This document shows, in pieces, positions 45,233 to 49,368 of a DNA stretch of 49,368 nt. Positions within the stretch are counted from its first letter, which is position 1. Each line of letters begins with the position of its first letter. The position numbers were made by a program, and so were the translations under genes. The stretch is from Gloeomargaritaceae cyanobacterium C42_A2020_066 (GTDB lineage Bacteria; Cyanobacteriota; Cyanobacteriia; Gloeomargaritales; Gloeomargaritaceae), in the NCBI GenBank assembly GCA_015272465.1, contig JACYLR010000167.1, forward strand, positions 1 through 49,368, written 5' to 3'. Under the pieces are notes generated by a model that ran no database searches, was not told where the DNA came from, and saw only the letters and a list, made by a program, of their open reading frames with translations.

Positions 45233-45356
45233 CAATAAGCAAGTAGTGAAATCATGGCTATGCTAAGTCTAAAGATGCATCATAAGGTATCTCTATTAAC
45301 TGACTGACTGCCGTACCTTTGAGAACAAAGTGACTTAGATCGCCCATTCCAGGGGC

Positions 45357-45722
45357 CTAAAACTCATCTGGTGGTGTTGTTACAGCTTCTGAACCCTGAC
45401 CCTCTCGACGGCTCCCCAACAAGTCCAGCCGCTCAACGCGAATCAGAGGCTTCTGGCGATCCTCACCGGTGTTCCGATCCTTCCAGTGATCAAAGCGCAG
45501 GGCACCCGTAATGCCAATTAAACTGCCTTTCTTTACATAATTGGCTGCCACCTCGGCCGTCTTACCCCAAATCTCTAATTCAAACCAGTCGGGTGGGTCA
45601 TCGCGCTTGCTGCGCCGATCTACCGCCAGGGTGACACTGCACTTTACACTTCCCGACTCAAAGTATTTGACCTCCGGATCCCGGCCGGCCCGACCCACCA
45701 AGTGGACAATGTTGACACTCAT
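45357..45722 (-). CDS. ssb: Single-stranded DNA-binding protein
   Basis: The OB-fold sequence is VNIVHLVGRAGRDPEVKYFESGSVKCSVTLAV...WFELEIWGKTAEVAANYVKKGSLIGITGAL, with an acidic tail ending PPDEF. I prefer the ATG at 45722. Confidence 0.9.
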   Translation of the reverse strand: MSVNIVHLVGRAGRDPEVKYFESGSVKCSVTLAVDRRSKRDDPPDWFELEIWGKTAEVAANYVKKGSLIGITGALRFDHWKDRNTGEDRQKPLIRVERLDLLGSRREGQGSEAVTTPPDEF

Positions 45723-45769
45723 GGCTGTAGGAGAACTACGCTTCACTGGTCATTATAGGCAGTCACGCG

Positions 45770-45792
45770 AAAAACCCCCTCCGCAGAGGGGG
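45770..45792 (-). terminator. Rho-independent terminator after the DUF928 gene
   Basis: The minus strand reads CCCCCUC-UGCG-GAGGGGG followed by UUUUU. It is a perfect 7-bp GC-rich stem with a 4-nt loop, 37 nt downstream of the DUF928 stop. Confidence 0.7.
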
Positions 45793-45828
45793 CAAACTCG
45801 TCACAAGTCGTTGGGTTCGGAGCGAGGT

Positions 45829-46635
45829 CTAGCGAACTAGGGGTTCTTCCGCCACCTTGGTCAGGTCAGCAGACTGGAGCAGATTGACCCAATCCTGCTT
45901 CAGCGTCTCACTAGTGGGATTAGCTTGGCGCAGTTCCGCAAGGCTCGAGAGGGTCTCGTACCACAATCCAGCACTGGCGTAGATGTAGGGCCGATCACCA
46001 GCCTCAATCCGAGACAGACTGCTGCGCAACTCGGCGGAGGGAGCAACCCGCTGCACCCAACCGGCGGCGTACAGGTCACCGGAAGGGTCGTTGGGGTTGC
46101 AGCGCACCACGATAGACCAAGCGTAGTTTTTGCCGACCTCCAGCCCACTCAGGTTCTGGGGCATATCCACCCGCATCACGCCCACCCCACTCGGGGTCAG
46201 GCTTTTCTCGAAGATTTCAACTCCCCGGCTGTCGGTGAGCGTGAAGATCATCTCCTGACTTTGGGTGGGAGGCACGTAGAACATGAAGGATGGGCGAGCA
46301 GCAATCGTCAACCCGAGATTGGACTTAGGCACGAGAGCAGTCAGCCGCTTGGAACCCACGGGGCAGAGGCCACCGCGAGAGGCCCCGCCTTCCCGGTTAG
46401 CCGGGAGCGTCCCGGCGGGGGGCACAAAACTGACTAGGCTACTGCTTGGCCGAGCCGCGGTGGTGTTTTTCTGGGTTTTACGCTGCACCCAATTCAGCAA
46501 CTCCGACCAAGGGGCTGGCGAAGCAGTTTGGGCGACGGCCGGCCGGGCGAGGAGCACGGCCCCAACACCACCCAAGATGAGCATAGAAGCCGCAAGGGGG
46601 GCGAGCAGTAAAGTGGGTTTCTTGAACGTAGTCAT
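45829..46635 (-). CDS. DUF928-domain secreted protein
   Basis: The signal peptide is MTTFKKPTLLLAPLAASMLILGG.... The family-typical body reads FVPP..G.P....GGASRG..C...LTALVP...LGLT....PSFMFYVP...EVGKNYAWSIVVRCNP.DPSGD...GWVQR...YASAGLWYETLSSLAELR. Confidence 0.85.
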   Translation of the reverse strand: MTTFKKPTLLLAPLAASMLILGGVGAVLLARPAVAQTASPAPWSELLNWVQRKTQKNTTAARPSSSLVSFVPPAGTLPANREGGASRGGLCPVGSKRLTALVPKSNLGLTIAARPSFMFYVPPTQSQEMIFTLTDSRGVEIFEKSLTPSGVGVMRVDMPQNLSGLEVGKNYAWSIVVRCNPNDPSGDLYAAGWVQRVAPSAELRSSLSRIEAGDRPYIYASAGLWYETLSSLAELRQANPTSETLKQDWVNLLQSADLTKVAEEPLVR

Positions 46636-46960
46636 GGCAGTGATCTCCTGACGTTATGAGCATTACTGGTGAAGGTCAGCGGGGATTCCCATGTCGGGGA
46701 AAAGCTTATGGACATTCCAGTGAAGGAATGGGTTACCGCCAGGCGTGACATGGGTTGTGACTGGAGTCCGCTCGAGTTCTGTTCCCAGTTCCACTCCTTT
46801 AATCTAAACCTATCCCCACAACTGCCTTGTGATGGCCATGGGATGGGGGCAGTGATGTGAATCACAGGGAGCCGCCCTCTGGTTGGGAGCCGTGCCGATC
46901 ACCCTACTTCCGGTTTGGGTGTGGGTGTTACTATCAAAGGCGCTGGTGAACGGCACCGCC

Positions 46961-49174
46961 ATGTCCTTCCTCTCGGCCCTGAGTCAACGCTGGCAAGCGT
47001 TTCTGGAGCAGCAACCCTGGTTACAGCAGGGGTTGGCTCGGGTGGGTGCCCCTGCTGTGGCTGCCAGTCTGGTGATGGGCGGTGGCCTGACAGGTCTCTG
47101 GTGGCTGGGTGCCCTCCAGCAATTGGAATTGGGGGCTTACGATCAACTGGTACGGTTACGCCCCGATGAAGGCCCTGACCCGCGCTTTCTGGTGGTCGCG
47201 GTGACCGAGTCGGATATTCAAGCCCAAGCTCGTTGGCCCCTATCCGACCAGACTATTGCCACGCTGATTGATCGCCTGACTCGCCTCCAGCCCCGTGTAA
47301 TTGGCCTGGATATTTATCGGGATATTAAACACGAGCCGGGTCACGCCCGGCTGGCGGCGCAATTCCGCGCCAACCCGCGCCTGGTAGCCGTCTGCAAGCG
47401 GGAGGACAAACAGGATCGGGGAGTCCCACCGCCGCCTTCTATACCCAGGGAACGGTGGGCGGAGCGAGTAGGCTTTGCGGATTTGGTGGTGGATCCGGGG
47501 GGGATTGTCCGCCGTAGCTTACTCTCTGGGCAGCCTCAGGCCCAGGGACTGTGCCAGACGCCCTTTTCTCTGGGCTTTCAGGCCGCACTCCATTACCTGA
47601 AGGCTGATGGAATTACACCTCAAATGCTGCAACCCCAGGGGTATCTGGTGCTGGGGCCGCAGATTATCCCCCCCCTTACTCAGAATTGGGGGGCCTACCA
47701 CCGGGTGGATACGGGGGGCTACCAGATTGTCCTGAACTACCGTTCGGCCAGGGACTCGGTGCGCCAAGTGACCTTGACTGAGGCGCTCAAGGGCACCCTG
47801 AAACCAGAATGGGTACGTGACAAGATTGTTCTGATTGGGGTAACGGCAGACAGCACCAAGGATACGTTCTATACCCCCTACAGTGCGGGCCTGCGGGAAA
47901 ACCAGAAGATGCCGGGGGTGGTGATCCATGCCCAGACCGCTAGTCAACTGCTCAGTGCAGTGCTGAACGGCCGGCCGTTGGTGTGGGCGTGGCCAGGGTG
48001 GGCAGAGGGCCTCTGGATCTGGATTTGGGGTTTGGTGGGGGGGGTGATTGCCTGGCGGATTCGCCATCCAGGTGCGTTGGGTGCGGCCCTGCTGGGGGGC
48101 AGCTTGGTGGTGAGCGGCATTGTCTACACCCTATTTCTCCAGGGGGGGTGGTTGCCCTGGGTGACACCTGTGTTTGCCCTGGTGCTCTCCGGGGGAACGG
48201 TGGTGGCGTTTATTGCCTATCGGGAGCGCCAAGAGAAGGAGCAAATTGCCGGGCGGGTGCGGGTTCAGGAGGAGCAAATTACGGTTCTCCGGAAAATGCT
48301 GGTGGAAACCCAGGCGGCGGCCGAGCGCACGGAAGCCGCGGGTCTGGCCGCCCCGGCTGCCCGGGATGGGTCAACCCTGGCCGGCCGCTATCGAGTCCGC
48401 AAGGTATTGGGGGAAGGGGGGTTCGGTCGCACCTATCTGGCCCAGGATGTGCAGCGACCGGGGCAACCGGAGTGTGTGGTCAAGCAATTGCGGCCGGCCC
48501 GCAGTGATCCCAAGTTTTTACTGCTAGCTCGGCGGCTATTCAACACTGAGGCGGAAATTCTGGAGATCTTAGGGAAGCACAAGCAAATTCCCCAACTACT
48601 GGCCTACTTTGAGGAAGATCAGGAGTTTTACCTGGTGCAGGAGTACATCAAGGGCACCGGCCTAGAGAAGGAGCTGGTGGAGGGCCGGCCGCAATCGGAA
48701 ACCTATACGGTTGCCCTACTGCGGGGGGTGCTGGAAGTCCTAGCCTTTGTCCACGAACACAAGGTGATCCATCGCGATCTGAAGCCAGCCAACATCATTC
48801 GCCGGGTGACGGACAACCGGCCGGTGTTGATCGACTTCGGGGCGGTGAAACAGATGCAGCCCCAGGAACGGGAGGAGGAGGAGGCCCAAACCATTGCCAT
48901 TGGCACCCGTGGCTATTCCCCTCCAGAACAGATGGACGGCCGGCCGCAATTGAGCAGTGACATTTATGCCCTAGGGATGATCGGGATTCAAGCCCTGACT
49001 GGGGTGCCGCCCCGCCAACTGGAACTGGATCGCCACACCTTGACCCCCCTCTGGCATAACCGGGCCCAAGTGCGGCCTCAACTGGCCAAAATCCTTGACA
49101 AAATGGTGCAGTACTTTCCCTCGGAACGCTATCAATCAGCGCAGGAGGTCATTCGCGACTTGAAACAACTGTGA
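46961..49174 (+). CDS. CHASE2-sensor transmembrane Ser/Thr protein kinase
   Basis: The CHASE2 region reads LELGAYDQLVRLRP...FLVVAVTESDI...WPLSD...VIGLDIYRD...GVVIHAQ, followed by 3 TM segments. The Hanks kinase part has GEGGFGRTY, VVKQL, HRDLKPANI, DFG and GTRGYSPPEQ. I prefer the ATG at 46961; the track start is 46883. Confidence 0.85.
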   Translation: MSFLSALSQRWQAFLEQQPWLQQGLARVGAPAVAASLVMGGGLTGLWWLGALQQLELGAYDQLVRLRPDEGPDPRFLVVAVTESDIQAQARWPLSDQTIATLIDRLTRLQPRVIGLDIYRDIKHEPGHARLAAQFRANPRLVAVCKREDKQDRGVPPPPSIPRERWAERVGFADLVVDPGGIVRRSLLSGQPQAQGLCQTPFSLGFQAALHYLKADGITPQMLQPQGYLVLGPQIIPPLTQNWGAYHRVDTGGYQIVLNYRSARDSVRQVTLTEALKGTLKPEWVRDKIVLIGVTADSTKDTFYTPYSAGLRENQKMPGVVIHAQTASQLLSAVLNGRPLVWAWPGWAEGLWIWIWGLVGGVIAWRIRHPGALGAALLGGSLVVSGIVYTLFLQGGWLPWVTPVFALVLSGGTVVAFIAYRERQEKEQIAGRVRVQEEQITVLRKMLVETQAAAERTEAAGLAAPAARDGSTLAGRYRVRKVLGEGGFGRTYLAQDVQRPGQPECVVKQLRPARSDPKFLLLARRLFNTEAEILEILGKHKQIPQLLAYFEEDQEFYLVQEYIKGTGLEKELVEGRPQSETYTVALLRGVLEVLAFVHEHKVIHRDLKPANIIRRVTDNRPVLIDFGAVKQMQPQEREEEEAQTIAIGTRGYSPPEQMDGRPQLSSDIYALGMIGIQALTGVPPRQLELDRHTLTPLWHNRAQVRPQLAKILDKMVQYFPSERYQSAQEVIRDLKQL

Positions 49175-49184
49175 GGAGGGGACG

Positions 49185-49368
49185 ATGGCGGAGCCGATTA
49201 CCCATGTCCAATTGCGCTGGGAAGACCCGCTAACTGGGGAACTCCAGCAACCAATTTTGGTTCTGCCCGTGGCGCTGGGGCGGGAGTTTAGCCAGATGCC
49301 CGCGCTGATCAAGAACCAGTCTGTGACCCGTGTGGTTCTCAACGACAAGCAGGTTTCCCGTTACCATG
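49185..49368 (+). CDS. FHA-domain protein, N-terminal fragment (continues beyond the window)
   Basis: It begins at an ATG 11 nt after the kinase stop, preceded by GAGGAGGGG. The sequence LVLPVALGREFSQMP...VTRVVLNDKQVSRYH fits the FHA GR...SR.H core. It is not in the ORF track because it runs off the edge. Confidence 0.65.
   Translation, partial: MAEPITHVQLRWEDPLTGELQQPILVLPVALGREFSQMPALIKNQSVTRVVLNDKQVSRYH

Noticed and set aside
45233-45356. A search for the remainder of the DUF5615 toxin in other frames after the premature TAG.
   Set aside because: No frame gives anything resembling the family (no GHDV or conserved acidic residues). The rest appears to be deleted, not frameshifted.
1-49368. 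Whether the repeated GGCCGGCC loci are a CRISPR array, a MITE family or REP-like elements.
   Set aside because: The units are only 8-16 nt. They have no conserved longer flanks and no regular spacing, and most sit inside intact coding sequences. They behave like a HIP-type oligonucleotide, not like a mobile element or array.
1-49368. Known defence systems, prophage, integrase/transposase or secondary-metabolite clusters.
   Set aside because: No ORF shows recombinase, transposase DDE, restriction/modification, Cas, reverse-transcriptase, capsid/terminase or NRPS/PKS megasynthase motifs. The only mobile-like traces are the small TA/DUF remnants reported above.

Overview
High-GC (about 60% by eye) cyanobacterial chromosome segment. 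The lineage call rests on Ycf4, CP12, an Amt1-type ammonium transporter with a GTA-N8-TAC box, a lumenal-type pentapeptide-repeat protein, a TamB/Tic236-like giant protein and a DUF928/CHASE2 gene pair. I can support about 44 protein genes, one tRNA-Lys(CUU), one cobalamin riboswitch and two intrinsic terminators. The window is mostly housekeeping and signalling: two adjacent hybrid histidine kinases, a molybdate uptake cluster (mop, modA, modBC), a PAS/GAF-GGDEF-EAL protein, a ycf4 operon, tamB-pgsA, an MFP-RND efflux pair, scattered B12/cobalt genes (cobA-hemD, cbiA, DUF1636-hupE-cobW), recQ, amt1 and ssb. I saw no transposase, integrase, CRISPR array or recognisable defence operon. The strongest signal is not a gene. 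The octamer palindrome GGCCGGCC, usually CGGCCGGCCG and often extended to (GGCC)3-4, occurs at roughly 100 loci, about 30-fold above a simple composition expectation. The classical cyanobacterial HIP1 (GCGATCGC) appears only twice. This palindrome leaves GRP/AGR/RPA peptides throughout the encoded proteins, and it is missing from several kb-scale blocks, some of which are also AT-richer and look recently acquired. Other items worth a second look:
- a B12-riboswitch-controlled metal operon interrupted by an antisense tRNA gene
- a decayed DUF433/DUF5615 toxin-antitoxin remnant
- a DUF928 / CHASE2 Ser-Thr kinase / FHA module
- tight tamB-pgsA coupling

All homology calls come from motif recognition by eye. 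No database search was run.
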